From a virus (taxonomy: Duplodnaviria > Caudoviricetes), in IMG/VR virus record IMGVR_UViG_3300005365_000003, positions 1 through 64,000 of that record: a DNA stretch of 64,000 nt; one strand, given 5' to 3'. The notes beneath the pieces were generated by a model, which worked only from the letters and a program-made list of their open reading frames with translations, was not told the DNA's origin and ran no database searches. A program made the position numbers and the translations under genes. Shown here one piece after another: positions 8,472 to 18,344 of the stretch (positions are counted from its first letter, which is position 1; every line of letters starts with the position of its first letter).

Positions 8472-8529
8472 TAAACACCTGTTCATAACTATTTACCGCA
8501 TTTATAATGCTGCATATTAAAAACATCCC

Positions 8530-8537
8530 TATATTTG
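8530..8537 (+). promoter_or_regulatory. Promoter -7 element
   Basis: TATATTTG, 7 bp upstream of ATG 8545. Confidence 0.65.
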
Positions 8538-8544
8538 TATCATT

Positions 8545-8730
8545 ATGAGTAAGAGAAAAAAAAGAAAAGGTCGCCCACCGCTTCCTAAAGGAGAAAAAAA
8601 AAGTGAGATAAGATTTTTTGCCCACGACAAACATATAGACAAATGCGGTGGCGAAGAATCCGCCAAACAAATAGCCCTATCATCAATCGAAAACTTCGAA
8701 CAAAACCTGGCTGCTAACGCTAAAAAATGA
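8545..8730 (+). CDS. Small DNA-binding protein (RHH/CopG-like)
   Basis: KRKGRPPLPKGEKKSEIRFFAH. Confidence 0.6.
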   Translation: MSKRKKRKGRPPLPKGEKKSEIRFFAHDKHIDKCGGEESAKQIALSSIENFEQNLAANAKK

Positions 8731-9134
8731 AAACCATAGAACAACTTAATCAAGAAAAGCTAAACGCGATTGCCGATGGTGAGAAGCTTGGTGATTATGA
8801 ATTTAGATCAAATCTTGATGCTGATGAAAAGAAAGAAAAGAAGCTTAAAAACAAATACCGAAAACGGGTTGCTTTTATTAAATCCTGTATTCTATATTTA
8901 GAATCCAATCCCAGGGAATCTTTCGTGGTAGAAATGCGAGACGAGTGCACCAAAAGACTTGATATTTTAAATCGCAACCTCGCTTCCTGGAAAGCATCCA
9001 TGCCTCAGCATCTAATGGAGAAGATCGCAAATCCAGACAAGTACTATTACGACAATATTGGTAAAGACGAAAAGAAGGAAATAAAAAATGTTACAAATCA
9101 GTTAAAGATGATTAATCATTTATTATCTAACTAA
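8727..9134 (+). CDS. Hypothetical protein
   Basis: ORF in operon. Confidence 0.6.
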   Translation: MKTIEQLNQEKLNAIADGEKLGDYEFRSNLDADEKKEKKLKNKYRKRVAFIKSCILYLESNPRESFVVEMRDECTKRLDILNRNLASWKASMPQHLMEKIANPDKYYYDNIGKDEKKEIKNVTNQLKMINHLLSN

Positions 9135-9140
9135 TTCATA

Positions 9141-9341
9141 ATGGCTTCAATACTCATATTGACAGGCGCTACGATAGATCGCGAAACCGAGGAAGGCTAT
9201 GCTATAGGCGTGTCCTCTTATGAGGAGGAGATTCGGGTAAACAATCTTTTAGACGAAATGAAATTCGAAGCATTTGTTGCCGGAATGAACAAAAAATCAT
9301 TAGAAGAAATCCAAAACTTTTTTAACAATAAAAAACAATGA
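9141..9341 (+). CDS. Hypothetical protein
   Basis: ORF in operon. Confidence 0.5.
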   Translation: MASILILTGATIDRETEEGYAIGVSSYEEEIRVNNLLDEMKFEAFVAGMNKKSLEEIQNFFNNKKQ

Positions 9342-9499
9342 CTAAAAGAGCTGTAATCTCTAAATCAGAGAAAAAATTCAATCGCCCCAAAGGAAGTGCA
9401 TATTTTATATACACTGAGCAAGTTGTGTATAAAACACAAAATCCTGATGGAACTTTTACATCTCAAACGAGGCATGAACTAGATAAATCAAGAAGATAA
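9338..9499 (+). CDS. Small hypothetical protein (53 aa), not in ORF track
   Basis: MTKRAVISKSEKKFNRPKGSAYFIY..; ATGA overlap. Confidence 0.45.
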   Translation: MTKRAVISKSEKKFNRPKGSAYFIYTEQVVYKTQNPDGTFTSQTRHELDKSRR

Positions 9500-9504
9500 T
9501 ACGT

Positions 9505-9840
9505 ATGAGTGCTCTTTATCCTAACTGCCTCAAAGCCTACTGGGACTGGTATCGTGCGAAATTCCGCATGGAGCCACAGTTTGACGGGTCCGACGGGAAG
9601 GGGCTGAAGGCGATAGTTAAGTATTTGGACTTGCAGGAGGCCGGGGAAGAGAATGTGTTAAAGAATTTCACGTCACTACTGAATAAATACGACTCTTGGA
9701 CACCATTTCACCGGTCACAGACAAGACTAAGGCAGATAAGCGCAAACATATCAAACATAATAATTCATCTCAATGCAGGACAACAATCAGCAATTACAGC
9801 CGAAGGACTTATTGACGCATTCCGTAAAGCTACTCAATAA
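9505..9840 (+). CDS. Hypothetical protein, possible replication-initiator-like domain
   Basis: All-helical ORF paired with the next gene; position in replication block. Confidence 0.45.
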   Translation: MSALYPNCLKAYWDWYRAKFRMEPQFDGSDGKGLKAIVKYLDLQEAGEENVLKNFTSLLNKYDSWTPFHRSQTRLRQISANISNIIIHLNAGQQSAITAEGLIDAFRKATQ

Positions 9841-10519
9841 CTACCTGTCTGTTTATAGGCAAGGAGGATTGGTGGTTACGGGTAAAGAAAAAGTTACGCT
9901 GGCTGCTGTGCTGGCAGAAGGGTCGTTTGATGTTAAGAATATGGTAAAAAGAGATCAGCTAGATACTATTGCAGCATTTTACCTTATGGCACTGAAAGAA
10001 TTATGGTCCAACACATCAAATACTTTCACAAATGAATCTATAACAAGCTGCTCACTACTTATCATAAACCGTTATGGCGACTGGCATCCTAAAGAACTGA
10101 TTATAGTGCTACGTAATGGCCTGGCTGGGGCTTATGGAAAGACATTCGGAAAGGTAAATACTGATGAAGTAATGAGGTGGGCGAAGGAGTATGATGAAGT
10201 GGAGAGGACTAGATATTTTGAACTAACAAATAACAAAAAAGATGAACTAGGCTGGAATGAAATGAATCCAGATTTGCTAAAAAAAATATTTAATCCATCA
10301 AAATATGCTTCTATAAAGCCCACTTATGTCCCAAGAGAACGCACTACCCAAGAACAACTCATACAGGATTGGATGAAAGAGTTTGACAAGATGTCTTTTG
10401 AGGCTAATGGAAAACGGTGGGTTGAAGTTCCTGGGGTTGATGGTGGTGGCCATCCTGAAACATTCACTGTCGATATTGAAGAATTTTTGCAGTATAAAAT
10501 AAACCAACAAACCCAATGA
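9773..10519 (+). CDS. DUF6633-like putative replisome organiser/loader partner
   Basis: ELIIVLRNGLAGAYGKTFGKVNTDEVMRWAKEYDEVER. Confidence 0.45.
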   Translation: MQDNNQQLQPKDLLTHSVKLLNNYLSVYRQGGLVVTGKEKVTLAAVLAEGSFDVKNMVKRDQLDTIAAFYLMALKELWSNTSNTFTNESITSCSLLIINRYGDWHPKELIIVLRNGLAGAYGKTFGKVNTDEVMRWAKEYDEVERTRYFELTNNKKDELGWNEMNPDLLKKIFNPSKYASIKPTYVPRERTTQEQLIQDWMKEFDKMSFEANGKRWVEVPGVDGGGHPETFTVDIEEFLQYKINQQTQ

Positions 10520-10695
10520 CCGAACAAGAATACATAAACGTCCGCGAACTTAGCCAAGTAGTTGCTGCCAGGGAAATGCTTCGCGGGATAGTTCCAGCCA
10601 ATTCTAGGGTTATATCGTCAGATGAGCTTAAAGAAGTAGGTGAGATACTTGGAAGGTGGCAAGATGAATTGTTTAAATTAATTAAAACAGAATAA
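10516..10695 (+). CDS. Small hypothetical protein (59 aa), not in ORF track
   Basis: MTEQEYINVRELSQVVAAREMLRG.. Confidence 0.55.
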   Translation: MTEQEYINVRELSQVVAAREMLRGIVPANSRVISSDELKEVGEILGRWQDELFKLIKTE

Positions 10696-11081
10696 TGGAA
10701 ATAGAAATTATAATAGGCATTTTGTTTATCCATTGGATTGGCGACTTTGTGTTTCAGTCTGATTGGCAAGCTAAAAATAAAAGTAAAAACAATATAGCTC
10801 TTACGGCTCATGTTGCATCGTATAGTTTTTGTTGGCTTGTAGCATGCTCGATGTCTGTTTTACTAACAGATGAAAGCATACTGATAATACTTTTTCCTGT
10901 AATTACTTTTGTGCTCCATTGGATAACTGACTATTTTACTAGTCGTATAAACTCAAAATTATACGCCGAAAATAAAATACATTATTTTTTCGTATCTATT
11001 GGTTTCGATCAGATATTGCATTACGTACAACTTATTTTAACATATAAACTTTTAACATATAAACTTTTAACAACTATATGA
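10695..11081 (+). CDS. DUF3307 membrane protein
   Basis: HWIGDFVFQ, H..SY, HWITD, GFDQILH motifs. Confidence 0.85.
   Translation: MEIEIIIGILFIHWIGDFVFQSDWQAKNKSKNNIALTAHVASYSFCWLVACSMSVLLTDESILIILFPVITFVLHWITDYFTSRINSKLYAENKIHYFFVSIGFDQILHYVQLILTYKLLTYKLLTTI
11035..11072 (+). repeat. 15-bp tandem repeat (about 2.5 copies) at the DUF3307 3' end
   Basis: ttttaacatataaac x2 plus ttttaaca; encodes LTYKL-LTYKL. Confidence 0.85.
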
Positions 11082-11422
11082 TGACAACAACAAATTTCAA
11101 AGTAGGACAGAAGGTGGTGTGTGTTAGGTCTGGCGAGGCTAGTGATAGAAAACGAACAGAGACTGTTTTTGTTTACAAGGAAAAACAGTATACGATAAAA
11201 GATTTCGGGTATTTGGAAGAATCGGATGTAAATATTGCTTGTCATTGGGTTGAACTTGAAGAAGTGGAGGGAAAATGGGGTTCAAATAGATTCCGTCCGC
11301 TTGCCTACTCGCACTCCATCTCAGCAACCCTAGCGTCCACTTGTCTAAAAGAAACACAAATCGAAACCTCCGACACTCCTATAAAGGATCCAAGTCCGAA
11401 ACCCGAAAAAGAAATAGCATGA
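11078..11422 (+). CDS. Hypothetical protein
   Basis: FKVGQKVVCV start (SH3-like accessory protein). Confidence 0.6.
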   Translation: MMTTTNFKVGQKVVCVRSGEASDRKRTETVFVYKEKQYTIKDFGYLEESDVNIACHWVELEEVEGKWGSNRFRPLAYSHSISATLASTCLKETQIETSDTPIKDPSPKPEKEIA

Positions 11423-11661
11423 AATACACATTTGCAACAAATATTAACGGCAAAGGATTGACGGGCGTGATTGATGTTGAATTGGGCTCAATAGTTTGTT
11501 ATTGTTCAGAGAAGCAGTCAAAGTTAGTGTTGGAAAAGTTAAATCTATGCGAAGTGTTAACCAAAACCATCTCCGACCTCAACGCCCACATCTCCCGCTT
11601 GGGTGCTGAGAATGAGAAGCTGATGGAGATAAATGCGCAATTAAGAAAGGAAAGTATATGA
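11419..11661 (+). CDS. Hypothetical coiled-coil protein (start revised to 11419)
   Basis: ATGA overlaps at both ends. Confidence 0.55.
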   Translation: MKYTFATNINGKGLTGVIDVELGSIVCYCSEKQSKLVLEKLNLCEVLTKTISDLNAHISRLGAENEKLMEINAQLRKESI

Positions 11662-12749
11662 ATATAATTTTTAAAGCACTTGTTGGAAGTCATGCTTATG
11701 GTACAAACATAGAAGGGTCTGATTTTGACATTAAAGGAGTTTATTTGCAATCCCCCGAAGAGGTTCTTGACTTAGGGTACAGGGAACAAATTACCGTAAA
11801 TAAAGATGAGGTTTATTATGAGTTAAGGCGTTTTATTGAGTTGTGTTGTACCGGAAATCCAACTATGCTAGAGCTTTTGTATACTCCGGATGATTGTATA
11901 AAAGAGATTCATCCTTGCTTTATGAGGCTTATTGAAAATAGAGAAAAATTCTTATCCAAATCATGCAAGTTTTCTTTCGGTGGGTATGCCTACAGTCAGA
12001 TAGGAAAAGCTAAGGGGTTAAATAAAAAGATGAATTGGGAAAAAGATAAAGTAGAAAGAAAGACTATTCTTGATTTTTGCTATATACTTACTCCTATGGG
12101 ATCACAACCTATACGCGAATGGCTCAGGATTCAAAGAGGAGAAGCGACACGGCAGGAATATTATGGCGTATCAAAAGTGCCTAATTGCAGAGATATGTTT
12201 TATATTTATCCTAAAGATCAGGAAGGATTAGAGTATCATGGACTTTGCAATTCCGACGAAAGTTCAAATGAATTGCGCATGAGCAGCATTCCGGTAAATC
12301 AAATCGCTAAATGTACAGCAATGTCATACAATAAAGATGGCTATATTGAGCATTGCAAAGATTATAATCAATACCAGGTTTGGCTAAAAGAGCGCAACAC
12401 TCAGAGGTATGTTGATATTGACGAGCACGGACAGAAAATTGATGGCAAGAATTTACTTCATTGCTATAGGCTTCTTGAAACTGGAGTGGAGATAGCAAAG
12501 TTTCATACAATAAATGTACGCAGGCCAAATGCCGCTTATCTTATTGAAATACGTAAGGGGAAGCATAATCTTGAAACTCTATTGAAGCAATCAGAAAGCA
12601 AAATGGAAGAATTAAATAAAGAATTTGATTTATCTACCCTTCCGGACAAAGCGGATCGCGGATTTTTTATGTCATTAATGCCTAAAATAAGAAAAGAATA
12701 TGAATCTACCAGAAATATATCTTTGCGATATAGACGGCACTCTTGCTGA
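11658..12749 (+). CDS. Pol-beta-superfamily nucleotidyltransferase (Nuc-transf/RlaP-like, PF10127)
   Basis: VGSHAYGTNIEGSDFDIKGVY; GNPTMLELLY; KNLLHCYRLL. Confidence 0.85.
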   Translation: MNIIFKALVGSHAYGTNIEGSDFDIKGVYLQSPEEVLDLGYREQITVNKDEVYYELRRFIELCCTGNPTMLELLYTPDDCIKEIHPCFMRLIENREKFLSKSCKFSFGGYAYSQIGKAKGLNKKMNWEKDKVERKTILDFCYILTPMGSQPIREWLRIQRGEATRQEYYGVSKVPNCRDMFYIYPKDQEGLEYHGLCNSDESSNELRMSSIPVNQIAKCTAMSYNKDGYIEHCKDYNQYQVWLKERNTQRYVDIDEHGQKIDGKNLLHCYRLLETGVEIAKFHTINVRRPNAAYLIEIRKGKHNLETLLKQSESKMEELNKEFDLSTLPDKADRGFFMSLMPKIRKEYESTRNISLRYRRHSC

Positions 12750-13125
12750 TTTTAAACATCACCGGGGGCCGTTTGATGAACATAAGGTATTAGGAGACAA
12801 ACCGCTTCCTACTGTAAGGATTATAAATTCTTTAATTAGAGATGGAAATAGAATTATTTTCTTTTCTGGAAGGACAAGTAATTGTCATAAAGATTCTTGC
12901 GAGTGGATAAAAAATCATACTGGTGAATACAATCCTGAATTATATATGAGGGAGCCAAAAGATAACCGTTCAGATGATATAGTGAAAGAGGAGATGTACG
13001 ATAAGTGGATTCGAGGTAAATATGAAGTGATAGGCGTATTTGATGATCGATTGAAAGTTTGCAGAATGTGGAATAAGTTAGGATTATTTGTATTCAACTG
13101 CAATCAAGGATTAATAGAATTTTAA
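12700..13125 (+). CDS. HAD phosphatase, T4 PseT (PNK) 3'-phosphatase-domain-like
   Basis: DIDGTLA, FFSGR, LYMR..DNRSDDIVK, VFDDR. Confidence 0.85.
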   Translation: MNLPEIYLCDIDGTLADFKHHRGPFDEHKVLGDKPLPTVRIINSLIRDGNRIIFFSGRTSNCHKDSCEWIKNHTGEYNPELYMREPKDNRSDDIVKEEMYDKWIRGKYEVIGVFDDRLKVCRMWNKLGLFVFNCNQGLIEF

Positions 13126-13235
13126 TATGTCCACTTATTATCTATACACAGCAATCTTCATCCTCCTTACCTTCCTTGTGGTGGTGGGGAGGACAATATA
13201 TAATCATAGGAATGACAAGTAGTTAATATGAAAAA

Positions 13236-13568
13236 ATGTTTGGCAAGCCAAATAACCCTGAGTATGTTCTTTGTGCGGCAATTCATTTTAACGATGGCGA
13301 ACAATACGATCATCAGCCACAAAACATTGAAAGAGGGTTTGTTATGTGCGGGCGCAGGCATCATAATATATACGTTTCTGTTATGATAATCAATGGAAAA
13401 GAAATGACAGCTATTGAAAGAATGACTGAAGCAAACGGAAAGGCAATACAGGGATTTTTAACAAGCAAAGGCAGATTTTTAAATAGAGAAGAAGCCGGAA
13501 AACTTGCCTATGAAATGAAACAAACAGATAAATTAACGCACTGTTTATTTAGTGAGGATTTATATTAA
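13236..13568 (+). CDS. Conserved phage hypothetical protein
   Basis: LCAAIHF..CGRRHHN..QGFLTSKGRFLNREEA..LFSEDLY. Confidence 0.7.
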   Translation: MFGKPNNPEYVLCAAIHFNDGEQYDHQPQNIERGFVMCGRRHHNIYVSVMIINGKEMTAIERMTEANGKAIQGFLTSKGRFLNREEAGKLAYEMKQTDKLTHCLFSEDLY

Positions 13569-13574
13569 AACAAA

Positions 13575-13985
13575 ATGACCAACCCCGACTTCTCCAACTT
13601 CACCCCCTGTCCGAAGGCTGAGCCTAAACCAAAGAAGGTGTATGCTGGGTTAAAAAGGACAGCTTTAAAGAAGAAGTGGCCTGAACCAAAAGGGAAACGT
13701 GAGTTTTTCCGGTCAATATGGGAAAAGTGCGGCGGCTTGTGCATGGTTACGGGGCATCCATTTCCCATGAATAGCAGTTATTCGTACATGCACGTCCTGG
13801 CACATGGCCCTTTTGAAAGGTTTGAATTTTATGAAAAAAATGTTTTGTTTGTAAATCCGCGTATTCACACACTTTATGATAACGTAGGCAAGACTAAACT
13901 ACTTGAAGAATTTCCGGAGGCGGCGTGGATTTTTGATTTGAAAGAAATTTTGCTAATGGAATATAACCGGCTGCCGACTATTTAA
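13575..13985 (+). CDS. HNH-like (NinG/Rap-like) nuclease
   Basis: CMVTG..HVLAHG..KNVLFVNPRIHTLYD. Confidence 0.6.
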   Translation: MTNPDFSNFTPCPKAEPKPKKVYAGLKRTALKKKWPEPKGKREFFRSIWEKCGGLCMVTGHPFPMNSSYSYMHVLAHGPFERFEFYEKNVLFVNPRIHTLYDNVGKTKLLEEFPEAAWIFDLKEILLMEYNRLPTI

Positions 13986-14046
13986 ACTAAAACAAATTAT
14001 AGAATTAGAGAGACTATAAAAATATTAATCAATTAATAAATATAAA

Positions 14047-14634
14047 ATGGGGTATAGAACACACATTGGAATTATTTCAAAGAAAGAATATAATGAAATA
14101 AAATCTTTTAATCAGGAGCAACTTAATTCCTATAAGGGCAATAAAGATAAAGATGACTATATAGGAGCATGGGAAATAGCTCCATCATTATATGAGTTTG
14201 GGAAATATACAGAATTTGATGATGAAAAATTTTATAAACCATTTTGGGATAATGAAGAATTTCAAGAATACTATGAAGGCGATTTTTGGGTGGTAGAAAA
14301 AGAATTTTTGAAACATATTATTGAGCATTACAAAAACAAGGTGCTTTCATATTATGAAAATTTACTTACCGCAGATGGAATACAGGAAGAATATGGTAGG
14401 TTTAAAAAAATAACCGAAGACGGAATAAGGAACTTATCATTTGAAAAGAAGGTTGAATGGTTTGACCACATTAAAAATATTTGGTCAGAATGGAAAAATG
14501 ATTTTGCTATTGATATGACTCACAGAGAGAAAATAACAGGGAGCTGGAAGTATGAATATTCACTATTTGAATTGGCTAGAATTTATAAAACTTTTGATTG
14601 GGAAAACAATATAATGGTTTATTATGGATATTAA
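14047..14634 (+). CDS. Hypothetical protein
   Basis: Long AT-rich ORF. Confidence 0.7.
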   Translation: MGYRTHIGIISKKEYNEIKSFNQEQLNSYKGNKDKDDYIGAWEIAPSLYEFGKYTEFDDEKFYKPFWDNEEFQEYYEGDFWVVEKEFLKHIIEHYKNKVLSYYENLLTADGIQEEYGRFKKITEDGIRNLSFEKKVEWFDHIKNIWSEWKNDFAIDMTHREKITGSWKYEYSLFELARIYKTFDWENNIMVYYGY

Positions 14635-14705
14635 TTTTGTAAGGCTGTTATCATATTTCAATGTAAATCCAATTATTTTATAATTAGAAAAAGAAATATT
14701 TAATT

Positions 14706-15218
14706 ATGACCGAAACCATCTCCGCCGCCGAATACCAGGCCCGTTATGGGCGTAAGGCTACTTTAAAACTTAATCAAGAGAAGTCCGCTTCAATAAAAAA
14801 AGGCCGCTCCGCACTCTCTGAGCCACCTACAATCGACTCAATTGAGTCCGACGGCAAAATGGTCAAGATAACGCTGGCGGGGCTTATACCGGGGCTTAAT
14901 GGGAAAAATGGGCTTATGTCCGAGCACTGGAGTATGCGATTAAAGCGTAAAAAGGCAATGATGATGAGGTTAAAAGTGCTAAATCCACCTAAATTTAAAG
15001 GAATAGTTGAAATTTCATTCAAAACATACGTTTCTATATTGTCTGATACTGAAGATAATCTACCGGCAAAACGAAAGGTGTTGTATGATTGCTTTGTTAC
15101 ACTTGGGATTATAGAAGGGGATAGTCCATTTATACTTAAATCAACTCCTCCTCAGCAAATAAAGTCTAGGCGTAAGGATCAAAGGGTCGAAGTGATTATT
15201 AAATCAGTAAAACAATGA
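14706..15218 (+). CDS. RusA-like Holliday junction resolvase
   Basis: IPGLN..DTEDNL..KVLYDCFVTLGIIEGDS..RVEVII. Confidence 0.6.
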   Translation: MTETISAAEYQARYGRKATLKLNQEKSASIKKGRSALSEPPTIDSIESDGKMVKITLAGLIPGLNGKNGLMSEHWSMRLKRKKAMMMRLKVLNPPKFKGIVEISFKTYVSILSDTEDNLPAKRKVLYDCFVTLGIIEGDSPFILKSTPPQQIKSRRKDQRVEVIIKSVKQ

Positions 15219-15326
15219 GTGAATTATTATTTATTATAGGATATAAATGTCCTGCATGTGGAAACGAAGTAGGGACAGAAGGAATTGGACATGATGATCC
15301 TGTTTATTGTTTAAGGTGTCCGGACG

Positions 15327-15581
15327 GTGAATATACCGACATGGAGCCTATTTATGAAGAAGCAAATAATAATGAGGATGAGTAAAGAATTTTCATTATA
15401 CGATTCTATTGTCTCTGTTCATGAGATTGTATGTGATAACTGTTCTTTTAAGGACTATGTTCATACAAATGATTGCCATGAAGCATGCGAATACTTTTAC
15501 GAAGAAGGATGGCGTGTTCCGAGGTCAAAATGCTACTGTCCTAACTGTATAAAAAGGAAATTAAAAACAAAGAGGAAATGA
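15327..15581 (+). CDS. Zinc-ribbon hypothetical protein
   Basis: CDNC..EEGW..CYCPNC. Confidence 0.55.
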   Translation: MNIPTWSLFMKKQIIMRMSKEFSLYDSIVSVHEIVCDNCSFKDYVHTNDCHEACEYFYEEGWRVPRSKCYCPNCIKRKLKTKRK

Positions 15582-15763
15582 AAAGGTTTATTATAAAACA
15601 CTTCAAATACGAAGCAATGCAATTCAAATTCATGAGAAAGTGGATGGGTGGAGATTATTTTAAAATTCAACCTAACTTACCTATGGGTCCATTTTGGAGT
15701 GATATTATAATTACAAGCTGCCAGTCTGTATTAACAAAACGAGAATCTTATCCCACAAATTAA
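15578..15763 (+). CDS. Hypothetical protein
   Basis: ORF in operon. Confidence 0.5.
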   Translation: MKRFIIKHFKYEAMQFKFMRKWMGGDYFKIQPNLPMGPFWSDIIITSCQSVLTKRESYPTN

Positions 15764-15939
15764 AACCATAAAATTATGAGTTCAGCTTTATTAAAAAAAT
15801 GCGCAAATGTTTTAAGAGATGTTGATTATTTATTTGATGAATTAAACAATGAAATAAATAATTTAGATGAAGAATTAGGTAAAAAAGAGGATGAAATTTC
15901 AGCACTTAAAGAAAAAATACAAGAATTAACGGAAGCTAA

Positions 15940-16371
15940 ATGAGCATTTACTTAATAAAAAACCGTGCGGGTACTTTCAGTCCACTTGACGCCAGCGACT
16001 TTGAAGCCGCAAACTCTATTCCTCCTGGCAGTGTAGTGAAAGCAGAGAAAGCGCGTAATTACAAATTTTTAAAGAAAGCAATGGCTCTTCTAAATCTTGG
16101 ATTTCAGAATCAATCCGAATTTACAAACTTCGATTCCTACAGAAAGATGAAGACAATAAATGCTGGATTTTTCGATCTTGCCCCATTCGCCGTTAAAGAT
16201 CTTGCCGGAAATTATTTCACTACACAGATTCCTATCGCTCATTCTCTTGCGTTTGATAAAATGAAAGAATCCACTTTCGAAAAAGTATTCAACGCCATAC
16301 TCGATATAATTGCCTCAGACACATTAACCGCTCCTGAGCAACTAAGGAGAGAAATAGAAGGATTCTATTAA
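15940..16371 (+). CDS. DUF1367-like protein
   Basis: ARNYKFLKKAMALL..HSLAFDKMKESTFEKVFNAILDII. Confidence 0.7.
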   Translation: MSIYLIKNRAGTFSPLDASDFEAANSIPPGSVVKAEKARNYKFLKKAMALLNLGFQNQSEFTNFDSYRKMKTINAGFFDLAPFAVKDLAGNYFTTQIPIAHSLAFDKMKESTFEKVFNAILDIIASDTLTAPEQLRREIEGFY

Positions 16372-16620
16372 GATCATTCATTCGTCAACTCCTTATAATG
16401 ACAAGTCAATATCTCATCTTCCATTAAAATAGGCGGTTGTATTCCTATAGATGGCGGCAATAGTTCCAGGTTGCTTATTATTTCTTTTAGAGAACTTATG
16501 ATCTGCTCAGTAGTTCCCTTTCCTTCGATTTTAATGTGTGATTTAAACATTGTGTAAGTGGTTGGTTTAGTGATTGTTGTTATAGTTAATATCCTTTTTT
16601 GTTTTATTTTTAAAAATTGT

Positions 16621-16812
16621 TTAGTCTTTTATAAAATTTTCTCTCCTTTTGATTTGATCTAACATTCCTTCTGGATGTTCAAAGTCCAAGCATGCAAGAA
16701 ATCGGAGATTTGATAATTCCTTTTCAGTCTCAGCCCTGTTAATTTTGTCCATCATTTCGTGCTCCCGGTCAAGGGGAGACTTTAGTAGTAGGTCTTTGGT
16801 GTGGTGGCGCAT
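16621..16812 (-). CDS. Hypothetical protein
   Basis: ORF in minus-strand operon. Confidence 0.55.
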   Translation of the reverse strand: MRHHTKDLLLKSPLDREHEMMDKINRAETEKELSNLRFLACLDFEHPEGMLDQIKRRENFIKD

Positions 16813-16832
16813 GGTGAATGTGGGTTTTAAGG

Positions 16833-17111
16833 TTATGGATCAATAAAATCTTCGGTTTCTTTAGCTTCAATTTCAATTATTTTTTTATAAAGCTCTTTTA
16901 TTTGGTCTGAATCAAGATCAACTCTTACATATCTTTCGGTTTGAATATCATCGGATAGCATTTCAAAAAAAGTTATTGACTTAACGTATCCTTTATGCTT
17001 TCCTATGTTGTTTGGTTCATCCGTGTAAATGAATTTTTTATTTTCCTTAATTGCATATTGATATTCTTCAATAATGAAATCCTTTCCACTTTTTGATACA
17101 ATTGTTTTCAT
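16833..17111 (-). CDS. Hypothetical protein
   Basis: ORF in minus-strand operon. Confidence 0.6.
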   Translation of the reverse strand: MKTIVSKSGKDFIIEEYQYAIKENKKFIYTDEPNNIGKHKGYVKSITFFEMLSDDIQTERYVRVDLDSDQIKELYKKIIEIEAKETEDFIDP

Positions 17112-17267
17112 TTTATGATTGTTTTTTATAAATTTCCTTCAGTAAATTATTCAACATCTTTTCCATCATAGCCAGCTTACCCTTACATTCTGTTTTGCTT
17201 ATCACTGCCAGAAGGTCTTGCTCCTTGTCGCGGAGGTAGTCGAGGTAAAAGGGGCGGGTGTGGCGTT

Positions 17268-17675
17268 TCATAGGCTTATCCATCTTCTAATGGTTACTCT
17301 TGCAAAACTTTTATTGTTTCTTGTGAATAAACTGTTTTGACTTCCAAAATAGTTATCAGGAATCCAGTCGTTCATTTCGTGCTTAATTAATTCTTTTTTA
17401 CATAACTCCATAAGTAACTCTGAATCTCTTTGTGAAGATAATTTTTCCGGAATTTCAAACTCAAAACTTTCATTTTCATGTTTTTTTCCTAATTTGTCTA
17501 GTCCAAATACTTCACATTCACATTTTACGCATGCTAATCTAGATAAACACTGGCTTAGTTGTTCGGGCGTAAGCTTTATTTTAGCAAAAACTGTGTTTGA
17601 CAAATCATCCTCTATGTTAATTTCGGTATAGTCGCTCCCGATTAGTATACTGATTCTTGCTGATGAAAGTTTCAT
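17268..17675 (-). CDS. Hypothetical protein
   Basis: ORF in minus-strand operon. Confidence 0.65.
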   Translation of the reverse strand: MKLSSARISILIGSDYTEINIEDDLSNTVFAKIKLTPEQLSQCLSRLACVKCECEVFGLDKLGKKHENESFEFEIPEKLSSQRDSELLMELCKKELIKHEMNDWIPDNYFGSQNSLFTRNNKSFARVTIRRWISL

Positions 17676-17887
17676 ATTTTTTAGTGTTTAGTTGATTAAT
17701 TTCTTGCCCTTCGCCCTAATTTTCGTTCGGTAAATGACCGCTACCCGTGCGTCCACTTGCGTCATTATTATCATCACCTGAAATTATCCAAATAAATATT
17801 ATCACAACCCCAATAGTGAGCAGCGTACCGAATATTTTCAGGTCGTGATATGTTAAGGTCTGGAGTATTGTCATGGTGTCTGTGTTT

Positions 17888-18133
17888 TTATATCCAAAAC
17901 GTTACTTCTTCTATTTTACCGTCTATTTCGTGTATTACAGTGCTATAGTCACGTTTTAAGTGGACCACCGTATCAATGTAGTGTTTATCTACCTGAGTTG
18001 TAATACACGTCATGCGATCCTTTATCATGTGTATCCTGGCAACCTTCCCCCTATCATCCGTTAGCCCATTGGCAAAGACGTTGATTATGTGGTATGATTC
18101 GAGGGGGTTGAGGGGGCAGGATGATTTCTTCAT
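17888..18133 (-). CDS. Hypothetical protein
   Basis: ORF in minus-strand operon. Confidence 0.55.
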   Translation of the reverse strand: MKKSSCPLNPLESYHIINVFANGLTDDRGKVARIHMIKDRMTCITTQVDKHYIDTVVHLKRDYSTVIHEIDGKIEEVTFWI

Positions 18134-18324
18134 TGGAAAAGATATATTGATAGTATGATCATTATTAATACAATTACAAACAACAATTCTAATTCCAAGC
18201 CGCTAATATATGCGATCATTATAGGTTCATCAATAGAATAACTAGCGCACATAAATATTATTGGTATAATTTGACTCAAAATCAATGCGCCTATAATTCG
18301 TTTTATTATTTTATTCATATTCAT
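18130..18324 (-). CDS. Small two-TM membrane protein
   Basis: Two hydrophobic stretches. Confidence 0.55.
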   Translation of the reverse strand: MNMNKIIKRIIGALILSQIIPIIFMCASYSIDEPIMIAYISGLELELLFVIVLIMIILSIYLFQ

Positions 18325-18344
18325 AGTGTTTATTCCCGCCGGAG

